Positions 48,369-58,402 of a stretch of 64,000 nucleotides of DNA are shown here, piece by piece. Source of the stretch: Candidatus Nanoarchaeia archaeon (GTDB lineage: Archaea; Nanobdellota; Nanobdellia; SCGC-AAA011-G17; JACPNG01); contig JAQTMK010000001.1 of assembly GCA_028714375.1 (NCBI GenBank), positions 243,636 to 307,635 on the forward strand. The letters are read 5' to 3'. The position numbers and the translations under genes were made by a program. A model generated the notes under the pieces. It saw only the letters and a program-made list of their open reading frames with translations, had not been told where the DNA came from and did not search any database. Position 1 is the stretch's first letter. Each line of letters begins with the position of its first letter.

Positions 48369-48569
48369 TCAACTTTTTATAATTTTATAATTAATTAATT
48401 TTGACTCAAGATTATTGTGATTGTCTAGAATCTCTCCGACAACATTGCTCTGGTTTCTCATCTTGTACTCTTTAACTGTTTTATATTCCCCATAGCAAGA
48501 GCCCATCTTAAATGCCAAAAGCATAGCTAATCCATATTTTACTGTTCTTCCAAGTTTTCCCATTTTCAA
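48369..48569 (-). CDS. Small hypothetical protein
   Basis: 66 aa; coupled to the upstream lipoprotein gene. Confidence 0.35.
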   Translation of the reverse strand: MKMGKLGRTVKYGLAMLLAFKMGSCYGEYKTVKEYKMRNQSNVVGEILDNHNNLESKLINYKIIKS

Positions 48570-49051
48570 AAGCCTCCATTGTCAAGTATGAATAAAAGAT
48601 TTTTACCTTCGCCACCAATTTTGTCTAGCTTGTCCAGCAAACTCTCAGAACCGTTAAATATCTTTTTTGTTACTTCTCTTTTAAGTCCCCTAAATCTGTG
48701 TTTAAAATCACCTAATTGGGTTGTGCCATCAACATACATTATTCCCAACAATTCATTTGTATTGCCGTTTCTTATCATCAAATAATCTCCCTCTCCAGAT
48801 TTTCCGTAAACAAAAGAAATATCCGAAGGATTAACATAATCTGGTTTTACAAAATGCCCCTTGTTTGCTTTGATTTTTAGCTTGTAGAGTTCGTTTATAG
48901 TAGAATCAATCTGTGCCTCATACTTTTTAGGGTCTGCCCTGAATTCATCAAGCATGTCTTTTTTGTTTTCTTCAATGTCTTTAGAACAACCAGTCAGATA
49001 AGGCATACTTGCAAGACTAAGATATAACCCAAATTTAACCAGCTTATTCAT
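48566..49051 (-). CDS. Putative lipoprotein
   Basis: Signal peptide with a lipobox-like LTGC (MNKLVKFGLYLSLASMPYLTGCSKD). Confidence 0.55.
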   Translation of the reverse strand: MNKLVKFGLYLSLASMPYLTGCSKDIEENKKDMLDEFRADPKKYEAQIDSTINELYKLKIKANKGHFVKPDYVNPSDISFVYGKSGEGDYLMIRNGNTNELLGIMYVDGTTQLGDFKHRFRGLKREVTKKIFNGSESLLDKLDKIGGEGKNLLFILDNGGF

Positions 49052-49154
49052 AATCCCTAAAATATAAAATCCTTAAATAATATTTAGCCTAAAATTCCGT
49101 AAATTTTCTGTTTGAACTCGGAATGTTTATAAATAGCTTATTTTTACCAGTTAC

Positions 49155-49802
49155 ATGAAAGTTGTAGGTATTGATGAAGCAGGCAGAGGCCCAGTTATTG
49201 GCCCATTAGTTATAGTTGGATCTATGATTGAAGAGTCAAAAATGGATAAATTAAAAGAATTAGGAGTCAAGGACTCAAAACTTATAACACCCAAAAAAAG
49301 ACAGATTCTTTACAAAAAAATACTGGAACTAACTGAGAATCATATCTTAATTATTGAACCAAAAGAAATTGATGAAGTTTTGGAGTCAGATACTTTAAAC
49401 CTAAACTGGTTGGAAGCAATAAAATCAGCAGAAATTATAAATGTCTTAAAACCAGAGAAGGCAATATTAGACTGTCCATCCCCAAACATAAAAGCTTATG
49501 AAGATTATGTAAGAAAACATCTTATAGATAAGGCAACACCATTGCATTGTGAGCATAAAGCAGATGTCAACCATGTTATTGTTGGTGCAGCTTCAATATT
49601 GGCTAAAGTAACTAGGGACAATATCATAGAGGAATTAAAGAAAAAATATGGGGATTTTGGTCCAGGTTATAGTTCAAATCCAATAACCCAAAAATACGTT
49701 GAAGCCAACTTTGAAAAGCATCCGGAAATATTCAGAAGAACATGGGCAACATGGAAAAATCACGATAATAAAAAAAATCAAAAAAATTTAGATGAATTCT
49801 AG
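49155..49802 (+). CDS. rnhB: Ribonuclease HII
   Basis: MKVVGIDEAGRGPVIGPLVIVG N-terminus with the catalytic DEAGRG motif. Confidence 0.9.
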   Translation: MKVVGIDEAGRGPVIGPLVIVGSMIEESKMDKLKELGVKDSKLITPKKRQILYKKILELTENHILIIEPKEIDEVLESDTLNLNWLEAIKSAEIINVLKPEKAILDCPSPNIKAYEDYVRKHLIDKATPLHCEHKADVNHVIVGAASILAKVTRDNIIEELKKKYGDFGPGYSSNPITQKYVEANFEKHPEIFRRTWATWKNHDNKKNQKNLDEF

Positions 49803-49845
49803 AAAATCAATAAATTTATAAATCAATATTGGAATTTCTTAAACA

Positions 49846-52800
49846 ATGACATTAATAAAATCCATGACTGCACGTGGTTTTAAGTCTTTTGCAAAGAAAA
49901 CCGACATAGTCTTTGGTGAAAACTTTAATTGTGTTTTAGGTCCAAATGGTTCTGGAAAATCTAACATTGTTGATGGATTGTGTTTTGTTCTTGGAAAATT
50001 ATCTGCTAAGGGACTAAGAGCAGAAAAAACCTCGCACCTAATCTATAATGGTGGTAAAAAAGGAAGTCCAGCAAAGGAGGCAGAGGTATCCTTGGTTTTT
50101 GACAACTCAAAAAAAGCATTTCCGATAGACAATAAAGAAGTAAAAATTGCAAGAGTTGTAAAAGAAAATGGGACATCTATTTACAAGTTAAATGATGATA
50201 CAGTCACAAGACAGCAAATTTTGGAAACTTTATCGCATGCAAAAATTGATCCAGATGGTCATAATATTATCCTGCAAGGAGATATAATTAGATTCATGGA
50301 AATGAAACCAGAACAAAGAAGAGAAATAATTGAAGAGGTTTCTGGGATAGGAGTCTATGAAGAGAAAAAACAAAAATCATTGTTGGAGTTAAATAGGGTT
50401 CAGGAAAAACTAAACGAAGCAGGAATAATAATGCATGAAAAAGAGATAAATCTTAGAGAGTTAAAAAAAGACAGGGACCAGGCATTAAAATACAAGGAAC
50501 TTGAGGAAAATATTAAAAAAAACAAAGCTACATATTTAAATTTCCAGATAAAAGAAAGAGAAACAAAAAAGGAAGAGATTGATAAAAAAATTAGTTCTAG
50601 TCAGGAAGAAATTGAGAAATTAAGAAAAATAGTTCTGGATCTAAAAACCCAGGTTGAAACTCATAAAAAAGAAATAGAAGATATCAATAAAAACATAGAA
50701 GAAAAGGGAGAGATAGAACAGAAAAAACTTCATTCAGACATTGAAGAATTAAAAATTAATTTGGTTAAGGATAAGACTAGGAAAGATACCTGTGAAACAG
50801 AAATACAAAAAATAAAAGCAAGAAAAATACAGCTGGATAAAAACATAACTGAACTAAGTGAAAAAATAAAGGAAATTGATTCAGAAAAAACAAAATTCCA
50901 GAATCAGATTAAATTATCAAAATCAGATGAGGAGCAATTAAAGAAAGAATTGGGAACCATAAAATCAAAAATAAATGGTTTTGGTAATCTTGAAGAGATT
51001 GAAAAGAAATTTGATGAATTACTTGCAGAGATTGAGACATTAAAAAACAGTCAGCAGGAAATGTTGAGGAAAAAAGATAATTTAGAAAACCAAAAACTAC
51101 AATTAAACTTTGATGATTCTTCTGATGCTCTTTCAAAAGTTTCAGATCTAAGAAATAATTTCAAGAAAGTAACCTCAGACCTAACAAAAGAACTTAATGA
51201 AAGTTCAAAGATCAATTCTCAGTTAGGAAGCGCAAGGGAAAATTTGGTCAAATTAAATGAGGAATTAACACGATTTAATGCTAAACAATTGACTCAGACA
51301 GTTCTGTCACAGCAGAACATTGCAATCCAGAATATTATGAAGTTAAACAACAAGGGGGTTCATGGAACTGTTTCTGATTTGGGTGAAGTAGATCCAAAAT
51401 ATAACACCGCCTTGTCTGTTGCAGCAGGTCCAAGACTGACAAGCATAGTTGTGGATAGTGATAAGACTGCCCAGGATTGCATTGAATATCTTAAGAAAAC
51501 AAAATCTGGGGTAGTTACATTTCTTCCATTAAACAAAATAAAAGGAAATTCAATAACAAACTCAGACAAGCAGTTTACTAAAGAACCTGGCGTTGTTGGA
51601 TTTGCAATCGACTTAGTTAAATTTAATCCAAAATACAAGGATGTTTTTTCCTATGCTTTAGGCTCTACATTAGTTGTGGATAATATTAATAATGCAAGAA
51701 AGATTGGAGTTGGAAATATTAGGATGGCCACATTAGAGGGAGATTTATTGGAATTAAGTGGAGCAATGGTTGGAGGTTATAGGAAAATAAATACTTCATT
51801 CAAGGAAAAAGACTTTAGCCAGAACATTGCCAAACTTGAAGAAGAAACCTCAAGATTCAAGGAACTTGTAATGTCTCTTGAACAAAAAAGAGTTGAAAAT
51901 GAAAACAAAGTATATGAGTTAAAAAATCTTAAATCAGATTTGGAAGCAGAATTAATTAAACTGGAAAAATTAACAGGAAGCAACGACCTTGGTGAATTAA
52001 AGAAAAAACAAAAAGAACTTGTTCAGGAACTTGATAAAACAACAAAAGACTTGGCGAAGTCTGATAAGGAAATTAATTTAAAATCTCAGGAAATTGAAAA
52101 ATTAAAAGTCCAGAGATCAGAACTAATTGAAAAAACAAAAAATACAAAAGAAAATCAGCAATTGACTGACCTTGAATCAAGAAGAGACGAGATTACCTCA
52201 AAAATACTAAAATTAAGCGCAGACATAGATGGATTTGAAACCCAGAAAGGAATTTATCTGAAAGAAAAAGAAAGCACTTTGAAAATAATTAAGGATTCAG
52301 AAAAAGAGCTTGAATTATTCTCTAAAGAGATTACAGAATTAGCAGAAAAAATAAAGAAAAATGACTCTGACCTTAAGGAAAAAGATAAGGTTGAGAAACA
52401 ATTCTATAATAATTTCAAAAACATGTTTGAAAAGAGGAACAAGATTAATGAAGTAATAAACAAAAAAGACAATAACAGACTAAGAGAAGAAGAAAAAATC
52501 AAAGCAGTAGAATACAGAATAAATAATATTAGTATAGACAGGGCAAAAGTTGTTGCTGAACTTGAAAGTATTAATGAAGAGTACAAAAACTATCTTGATG
52601 TTCCTTTGAGAAGAGGAGTTGAGATTGAAGAGCTTAAATTTGAAATCAAGAAATTTGAAGGATTAAAGAGCCAGATGGGTAACATAAATATGAGAGCTCT
52701 GGAAGTCTACGACAAAGTTGATGAAGAGTACAAGAAAGTTTTAGATAAGGTAGAAGTACTTAAATCTGAAAAAGAAGACGTTGTTTTACTGATGAATGAG

Positions 52801-53262
52801 ATTGAAGGAAAGAAAAAATCCTTGTTCATGAAAACATATAAAGTCTTGGCTGAAAACTTCAGAAGAATATTTGCTTCTTTGTCCACAAAAGGAGATGCTC
52901 ACTTAGAAATTGAAGATGAGGAACACTTGTTTGAAACCGGAGTTGATCTTAAAGTTAAACTTACAGGAAACAAATACTTAGATATAAAATCTCTTTCCGG
53001 TGGAGAGAAAACATTAACTGCCTTGGCATTCATATTTGCAATACAGGAATATAGTCCTGCTTCATTCTATTTATTGGATGAGGTAGATGCAGCACTGGAT
53101 AAGAAAAACTCTGCTTTGCTAAGTAAACTGATTGCTAAATATTCCCAGAATGCACAGTATATTGTAATTTCCCACAATGATTCTATAATTTCAGAAGCAA
53201 ACACAATCTATGGGGTTTCAATGCAGGAAGGAATAACAAAGATTGTAAGTTTGAAAATCTAA
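49846..53262 (+). CDS. smc: Chromosome segregation protein SMC
   Basis: 1138 aa; N-terminal Walker A GPNGSGKSN, long coiled coils, hinge (GVHGTVSDLGEVDPKY), C-terminal signature LSGGEKTLTALAF and Walker B LLDEVDAALD. Confidence 0.92.
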   Translation: MTLIKSMTARGFKSFAKKTDIVFGENFNCVLGPNGSGKSNIVDGLCFVLGKLSAKGLRAEKTSHLIYNGGKKGSPAKEAEVSLVFDNSKKAFPIDNKEVKIARVVKENGTSIYKLNDDTVTRQQILETLSHAKIDPDGHNIILQGDIIRFMEMKPEQRREIIEEVSGIGVYEEKKQKSLLELNRVQEKLNEAGIIMHEKEINLRELKKDRDQALKYKELEENIKKNKATYLNFQIKERETKKEEIDKKISSSQEEIEKLRKIVLDLKTQVETHKKEIEDINKNIEEKGEIEQKKLHSDIEELKINLVKDKTRKDTCETEIQKIKARKIQLDKNITELSEKIKEIDSEKTKFQNQIKLSKSDEEQLKKELGTIKSKINGFGNLEEIEKKFDELLAEIETLKNSQQEMLRKKDNLENQKLQLNFDDSSDALSKVSDLRNNFKKVTSDLTKELNESSKINSQLGSARENLVKLNEELTRFNAKQLTQTVLSQQNIAIQNIMKLNNKGVHGTVSDLGEVDPKYNTALSVAAGPRLTSIVVDSDKTAQDCIEYLKKTKSGVVTFLPLNKIKGNSITNSDKQFTKEPGVVGFAIDLVKFNPKYKDVFSYALGSTLVVDNINNARKIGVGNIRMATLEGDLLELSGAMVGGYRKINTSFKEKDFSQNIAKLEEETSRFKELVMSLEQKRVENENKVYELKNLKSDLEAELIKLEKLTGSNDLGELKKKQKELVQELDKTTKDLAKSDKEINLKSQEIEKLKVQRSELIEKTKNTKENQQLTDLESRRDEITSKILKLSADIDGFETQKGIYLKEKESTLKIIKDSEKELELFSKEITELAEKIKKNDSDLKEKDKVEKQFYNNFKNMFEKRNKINEVINKKDNNRLREEEKIKAVEYRINNISIDRAKVVAELESINEEYKNYLDVPLRRGVEIEELKFEIKKFEGLKSQMGNINMRALEVYDKVDEEYKKVLDKVEVLKSEKEDVVLLMNEIEGKKKSLFMKTYKVLAENFRRIFASLSTKGDAHLEIEDEEHLFETGVDLKVKLTGNKYLDIKSLSGGEKTLTALAFIFAIQEYSPASFYLLDEVDAALDKKNSALLSKLIAKYSQNAQYIVISHNDSIISEANTIYGVSMQEGITKIVSLKI

Positions 53263-53625
53263 TTACATTACCTTATTACTCCTCGGGTATGATAACGCAA
53301 CTTCTAATTTTCCAGTATCTCTTCTATTATTAAAAAGATAGACTAATTTATCTTCAAATTGAATATTGTCTCCTAAATAAAACATTGCTAAATCGGGATG
53401 TATACTTTTTTCTTTGATATTATCATATAAGGTAAGATCTGCCCCATAAAAAATAACAATGGGTCCCTTTGGAGTTTCATAAATCACTGCTCCATCTTTT
53501 TCTCTTTCAATAATAATCTTTGAACCAAGTCTATCAAGTATTTTTTCTATTGAGTTTCTGGTTTGAAGAATAGTCTCATCTTGATATTTTTTTAAAACCC
53601 TCGGTTGTTTTATAGAATAATCCAT
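53263..53625 (-). CDS. Hypothetical protein
   Basis: 120 aa ORF abutting the smc stop. Confidence 0.45.
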   Translation of the reverse strand: MDYSIKQPRVLKKYQDETILQTRNSIEKILDRLGSKIIIEREKDGAVIYETPKGPIVIFYGADLTLYDNIKEKSIHPDLAMFYLGDNIQFEDKLVYLFNNRRDTGKLEVALSYPRSNKVM

Positions 53626-53662
53626 TTTTTATAAATATAAAAATAAAAGAAAGAAAAAAGGC

Positions 53663-54925
53663 TTAGTAATATTGCCTTGGTTCTTCTGCTTTGCCTCTTC
53701 CAACTAAAACAGCAACACCTAAAATTATTAGGATTACTACCAAAATAACAAATCCAATTACCAAATAGTTTTGGGTTGAACTTGTTTCTTGTCCACTAAC
53801 TTCCAAGTTTAAAGTATTTTCACTTATCAAGCTGTTTTCCTTTAATACTTTTACACTGAAGCTGTGTAATCCTAGTGTAGCTGAATCTTTAGCTTTAAGG
53901 TAAACATTTACAGTAGCAGCGCCTTTTCCAGGAACTGATACAAATGCTGGGTCTACTCTTGAAGTTGCAAATAAGTCTGCACCGCTAACTTCTACAGAAT
54001 AAATTCCTGCTTCATCATTTAGATTTGCAATTGTTACTCTGTATAATGTTTCTTCTCCAACAGCAGCAACTTTTGAAGTTGAATCAAAGTTAACTAAAGG
54101 TTTTTGTTCAACAACTGTTGCTTCTTCTTTGTTAATGTAGATTGTTCTTGTGGTTGAAACAATTTCATTACCTCTGCTGTATTCTACATCAACCTTTAAT
54201 GTGTAGACTCCTGCTGCAGCATTTTCTGGCAATCTTAAGTATAACTCATCACTTGAAGCTGAATCTTCTTCGTCTTCATTGTCTTCATCTAAGTCAGAAT
54301 CTTCATCAGCTGCTAATTCATCAATGTAGTCTCTTACTGAAATTCCCAATTCTGGGATTGTAGCAGTAACTTTAATATCTTCTTCCTTTTTCTGTCCAAG
54401 GTTTTCAACTCTTACTGTAACAAATAAAGGATTTCCTGCTTCTGCATTTGAATCAGGTCTTATAATAACATCCTGAATCTTTAATGAATGTCTTTTTGGT
54501 TGTACTCTTAGTTCAAGTGGGAATGCTAATTCTGGTGCTGAACCATCTTTACCATAAGCTTCAACATGTAATGTGTAATCTTCTGCGCCTTCCATATCAT
54601 CAGGCAACTCTACATTTAATGTTTTTTTGTATGTAACGCCTGGCTCTACCAAGAATGGACTTGTTGTTTCTTCAACATCAGCGTATTCGTATCCACCAAT
54701 CCATGCTTTGACTTTAACATCATCATAGGATGTGGCTCCACCAAGTACGAAAACTTCCACTTCTAAGGTATTGTCTGTTTCTGCATAAACGACTGTTCCT
54801 AAAGCAGCCTCAATGCCATCTATTTTAACTTTGTTAATCTCATAATCAACCGCAGCTGAAACCAAAGTTGTAGCAAATAGGGCAAATACTAAGCTTGCTA
54901 GGATAAAATTTAGTTTTTTCATCAT
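53663..54925 (-). CDS. Cell-surface protein (signal peptide, Ig-like/CARDB-like repeats, acidic linker, C-terminal TM anchor)
   Basis: MMKKLNFILASLVFALFATTLVSA signal peptide; DEDSDLDEDNEDEEDSASSDE acidic stretch; C-terminal LVIGFVILVVILIILGVAVLV plus a basic tail. Confidence 0.6.
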   Translation of the reverse strand: MMKKLNFILASLVFALFATTLVSAAVDYEINKVKIDGIEAALGTVVYAETDNTLEVEVFVLGGATSYDDVKVKAWIGGYEYADVEETTSPFLVEPGVTYKKTLNVELPDDMEGAEDYTLHVEAYGKDGSAPELAFPLELRVQPKRHSLKIQDVIIRPDSNAEAGNPLFVTVRVENLGQKKEEDIKVTATIPELGISVRDYIDELAADEDSDLDEDNEDEEDSASSDELYLRLPENAAAGVYTLKVDVEYSRGNEIVSTTRTIYINKEEATVVEQKPLVNFDSTSKVAAVGEETLYRVTIANLNDEAGIYSVEVSGADLFATSRVDPAFVSVPGKGAATVNVYLKAKDSATLGLHSFSVKVLKENSLISENTLNLEVSGQETSSTQNYLVIGFVILVVILIILGVAVLVGRGKAEEPRQYY

Positions 54926-55033
54926 AATTCCCCCCTAATAGTTGAATTTGTTGTCATTCTGGAGTCGGAATAGTATTTAAACATTTATCAATTAAAATAC
55001 ATATATTATAAAAAAGATATTAAAAAGAAAAAA

Positions 55034-56275
55034 TTAAATAACTGAGTAAGTTGTATACTCAGATACTTCGTTGTTATCGTTTCCAACAATAACTTTTAAG
55101 ATGTGTTCTCCATCTTCCTGACCATAAGGAACTCTGAAGTAATAATCAAACCATCTGCTCTGGAATCTGTCCAGTCTTAAGTTATTTGAAACAATTTCCA
55201 TTTCTCCAGAATCTAAATCCTGAATTTTAACCTGGATTTTCTTTTCATCAAAGCAACCAAGGTTTTTTACCTTAATCATAACTTCAAGTTCATCTCCAGC
55301 TCTTACCTCTTCAGTTTCTGGGAATAAACTAAATATTGTGAACTCTGAAGAATCACAATAGCTGATTACAGGTTCTTCATTATTAGGATTGTATTCATCA
55401 TTGTCTTCTGGATCATATGTTGACTCATTATCTGCATTGTAGTCAGAATGACATCCTGGGTCATATGAGTCTATTAAACCATCATGATCATTGTCCAGTC
55501 CGTCTGAACACACATAACGTGGTTCATCATTACACTGGCCGCTTGTACATCCATATTCACAATGACCTATGTAGTAAGGCATAGTCCAGTCATCACAGAA
55601 TGAATTCCATTTTCCTTTATTCATACATATATAAGTTTTGTAATCTCTGTAGACATTGTCTCCTATGCAATAATTTTGACCAATAAATCCAGATGTTCCG
55701 CACTGTCCATCAGTGCAGCATGTGATATCACAACCTTCATCTACAACACCATCACAATCGTTGTCTTTTCCATCACAAATCTCTTCTGTAGGTATGCATT
55801 GGTTTTTCTTTGTTACATCAACTAAATATGCATAGAATGTGCATCCTCTTTCTGAACTGTCCAAAGTTCTCCAGTCTAACTGGTAAGTTCCTACTTTTCT
55901 AGGTGTGAATGAAATTGGGAATTCAGTTAATGTTTCTCCAGGCTGTATTGTTACCTGTTTAAACAAAGCAAACTGAGGATTGTCATTACATGGATTTTTG
56001 TGAGTTGTACAGTAGAATATTTGATATTCAATTGTAATTGGCTCAGAATTTCCATTGTAAATCCCTTCAAATGAAATGGTCTGTGTTTGACCCTTTTTCA
56101 TTGTTTGGTATAAAGTATTCCAGCCGTTTGTAACTACGTTACTTGCTGAAACTAAGTCAGTATTATCTATTCCATTACAGTCTCCATTGTCTCCAACACC
56201 AATATGTGCTGAAACAGAAACCATGCTAAGAACAAATACTGCTAAAAAAAGTGCGATTTTGTTTAAATTCAACAT
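55034..56275 (-). CDS. Secreted Cys-rich protein with CxDGxDNDCDGxxDEGC-type putative metal-binding repeats
   Basis: Signal peptide; repeats CDGKDNDCDGVVDEGC and CSDGLDNDHDGLIDSYDPGC; beta-rich C-terminal domain. Confidence 0.6.
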   Translation of the reverse strand: MLNLNKIALFLAVFVLSMVSVSAHIGVGDNGDCNGIDNTDLVSASNVVTNGWNTLYQTMKKGQTQTISFEGIYNGNSEPITIEYQIFYCTTHKNPCNDNPQFALFKQVTIQPGETLTEFPISFTPRKVGTYQLDWRTLDSSERGCTFYAYLVDVTKKNQCIPTEEICDGKDNDCDGVVDEGCDITCCTDGQCGTSGFIGQNYCIGDNVYRDYKTYICMNKGKWNSFCDDWTMPYYIGHCEYGCTSGQCNDEPRYVCSDGLDNDHDGLIDSYDPGCHSDYNADNESTYDPEDNDEYNPNNEEPVISYCDSSEFTIFSLFPETEEVRAGDELEVMIKVKNLGCFDEKKIQVKIQDLDSGEMEIVSNNLRLDRFQSRWFDYYFRVPYGQEDGEHILKVIVGNDNNEVSEYTTYSVI

Positions 56276-56544
56276 CTTATGCCTCCGATTTGTATTTCAT
56301 GAAATATAGTTACCATTACTAGATAATAAATCATTTATAAAGCTTTCTATTTTGTAACCACTCTTAAGTAAAGCTTATAAATATTGGGTCTTTGAATTCT
56401 TTGAAACAATTTAAAGGATTTTCCATAATTCAGCCAACAGGAGGCTGGAAAACCAATTCTAAAATTTATCTTAGTTAATCAAAAAACTAATCTAAAAATT
56501 AGAATGAATGGAAAACCTAAAATTTCTGGAAAGGAGAAATTTCC

Positions 56545-57126
56545 ATGGAAGAAGCACAAAGGAGAAATAAAATTATCTTGAGGTGGTCAATTCTGACCGC
56601 CGGGTTGATTGCCTTGTTTTGGGCAATTTGGTATCTCATTACTGGAAATGTCCCAATTGTTAATAAAATAGAGATGACTGGACACTGGAACTTGGCCCTA
56701 TCTTTTGGTATTTCCCGTTGGTGGGATATACTAATTGGACCAATATGGTCAACAATCCTTATAATCATCCTGACAAACAAAAGAATAAAAAATCAAAAGA
56801 ATTTCAAGGAAAACTTGTTTGTTTTTGGATTGAATTCAGGAATCGTGTTAATTTTGGCCCTTAGTGGGATAATGAGTAACTTCAATTTCCATGTTCTTTC
56901 ATTAGGCGTTGCAGGTTTGTTCTTTGGAATAGCGGAGGGTTGGAGTAAACACAATTTTGAATTTGGTTTAGGCCTAGTTCTTGGTTCTTTCCTAATCCTT
57001 ACTCTGGTCTCCGGAATCGCAGTCACCTTGCTTCTCTGTTTGATTTCTCTTACTCTTATACTATTCTTTAAGACCTTTGTAAGACTATGGAGATGGTTAT
57101 CAGCTGAAGACTACGGAGATATCTAA
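56545..57126 (+). CDS. Integral membrane protein, hypothetical
   Basis: 193 aa with five or six hydrophobic helices. Confidence 0.5.
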   Translation: MEEAQRRNKIILRWSILTAGLIALFWAIWYLITGNVPIVNKIEMTGHWNLALSFGISRWWDILIGPIWSTILIIILTNKRIKNQKNFKENLFVFGLNSGIVLILALSGIMSNFNFHVLSLGVAGLFFGIAEGWSKHNFEFGLGLVLGSFLILTLVSGIAVTLLLCLISLTLILFFKTFVRLWRWLSAEDYGDI

Positions 57127-57164
57127 CAGCCCAATAAGACCAAGAAATTTAACCAAGCTTTCAG

Positions 57165-57189
57165 CCAGTTCTCAACGAACTGGTTTTTT
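57165..57189 (+). terminator. Hairpin plus T-tract terminator-like element after the 56545-57126 gene
   Basis: ccagttc-tcaac-gaactgg followed by tttttt. Confidence 0.4.
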
Positions 57190-57220
57190 CTCCTCTAAGT
57201 ATATATAAGTATTGAAAATA

Positions 57221-57316
57221 TGGGGATGCCAGGATTTGAACCTGGATCAATCGGTCTGGAGCTTTGGCTTAATTTTGGATTAATCGACCACTCTAGCCGA
57301 GTTGAGCTACACCCCC
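57221..57316 (-). tRNA. Intron-containing tRNA (96 nt); isotype unresolved, possibly Trp(CCA) with a non-canonical ~22-nt intron
   Basis: Minus-strand GGGGGTG/CATCCCC-A acceptor, D arm GCTC..GAGT, T arm CCAGGTTCAAATCCTGG; about 22 extra nt in the anticodon region. A CTCCA / TCCAAAA motif suggests CCA, but the cloverleaf cannot be closed unambiguously by eye. Confidence 0.55.
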
Positions 57317-58342
57317 GAGCTCATCTTTAGTTAAAACAAAAATCCTATTTCCATCTATATAAAAGTTGCTTTTTTTGCCTTTAATCCTACAAACCAAAAT
57401 TCCAGCATTACAATCATCTAAAGAATTAATATACCCATTTAGTTGTTTTATATCTGAAAGAGAGATTGGTTTAGATTGGTAATCCTTTATCTCAACGAAA
57501 TACTTAGTATTCTCAATAATTAGTAGGGCATCAGCAATCCCAAGTTTAGTTTTAAAGCCGGGAATGACCAGTCCAACATTCTTTAAAATTGTAATTATTT
57601 CTTTTTCAAAATCCAAAGCCCTCTTTTTTATATCCATGTTAGAAGCTCCATAAAGAGTTTTTCTTTCAATTGGGTACTCAACTCCTGCTCTTTTGTAAGC
57701 TTCAGTTATACCACCAGTAAAAATTTCTTGTACATGAGTTTCACATTTTTTGTTAATTTCATACTGAGTTGGATTTGAGTTATTTTTTATATATTCTAAA
57801 ACTTGATTTTGTTTTTTTATTAGTCGCTTTTTACCTCCAGATATCTGGTCTAAATTTGCTTTGTTATATAATTCTCCCATATCCTTAAAATAAGAATAAA
57901 TATTTAATCCAATCTGATTTTTAATTTCTTTAGAAGTTAAAAGAGGATTTGTTTGAATTAAATTTACAATTTTTTTCGTATTAATATTCCGATAATCAAT
58001 ACATTTAATTCCTGCAACTTTATATGCCTTACTTATTGTTCCAAATATTTTTGGGATATCAATCCTCAGCTCTTTTTTAATTGAGATTGTATTAGCGCAA
58101 GCATTAGAACGAATAAACTCAATAACTTCATTGACCATTTGTTCTCTTGTTCTTTTTTGTAATGATTTTGAGAACTGAATGCCTGCCTTAATATATGCAG
58201 ATTTCATTCCATTTTTGGGATATAATCTTTCAACTTTAATTTTAGTATCCTGTCTAATCCCCCTATATGTAGCGTTAGGATTTTTTCTTAAATAATTAAT
58301 TAACTCTTCTTCTTTTTTATTAAAATTTTTGTATAGATTCAC
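57293..58342 (-). CDS. Triple HTH-like repeat protein with a C-terminal PD-(D/E)xK (Hjc/Mrr-like) nuclease domain
   Basis: Three ~50-aa repeats ending in ..AYK.AG.. (ISKAYKVAGIK, MGELYNKANL, ITEAYKRAGVE), then C-terminal FEKEIITILKNVGLVIPGFKTKLGIADALLIIENTKYFVEIKD resembling the Hjc/restriction-endonuclease core (E...D...E.K). The 3' end overlaps the tRNA gene. Confidence 0.55.
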   Translation of the reverse strand: MNLYKNFNKKEEELINYLRKNPNATYRGIRQDTKIKVERLYPKNGMKSAYIKAGIQFSKSLQKRTREQMVNEVIEFIRSNACANTISIKKELRIDIPKIFGTISKAYKVAGIKCIDYRNINTKKIVNLIQTNPLLTSKEIKNQIGLNIYSYFKDMGELYNKANLDQISGGKKRLIKKQNQVLEYIKNNSNPTQYEINKKCETHVQEIFTGGITEAYKRAGVEYPIERKTLYGASNMDIKKRALDFEKEIITILKNVGLVIPGFKTKLGIADALLIIENTKYFVEIKDYQSKPISLSDIKQLNGYINSLDDCNAGILVCRIKGKKSNFYIDGNRIFVLTKDELGGVAQLG

Positions 58343-58402
58343 ACACTATTAAAGACTTAAGAGTTTATATTTTCTACTCCGACCAACTCGGAAATTATTC
58401 AA

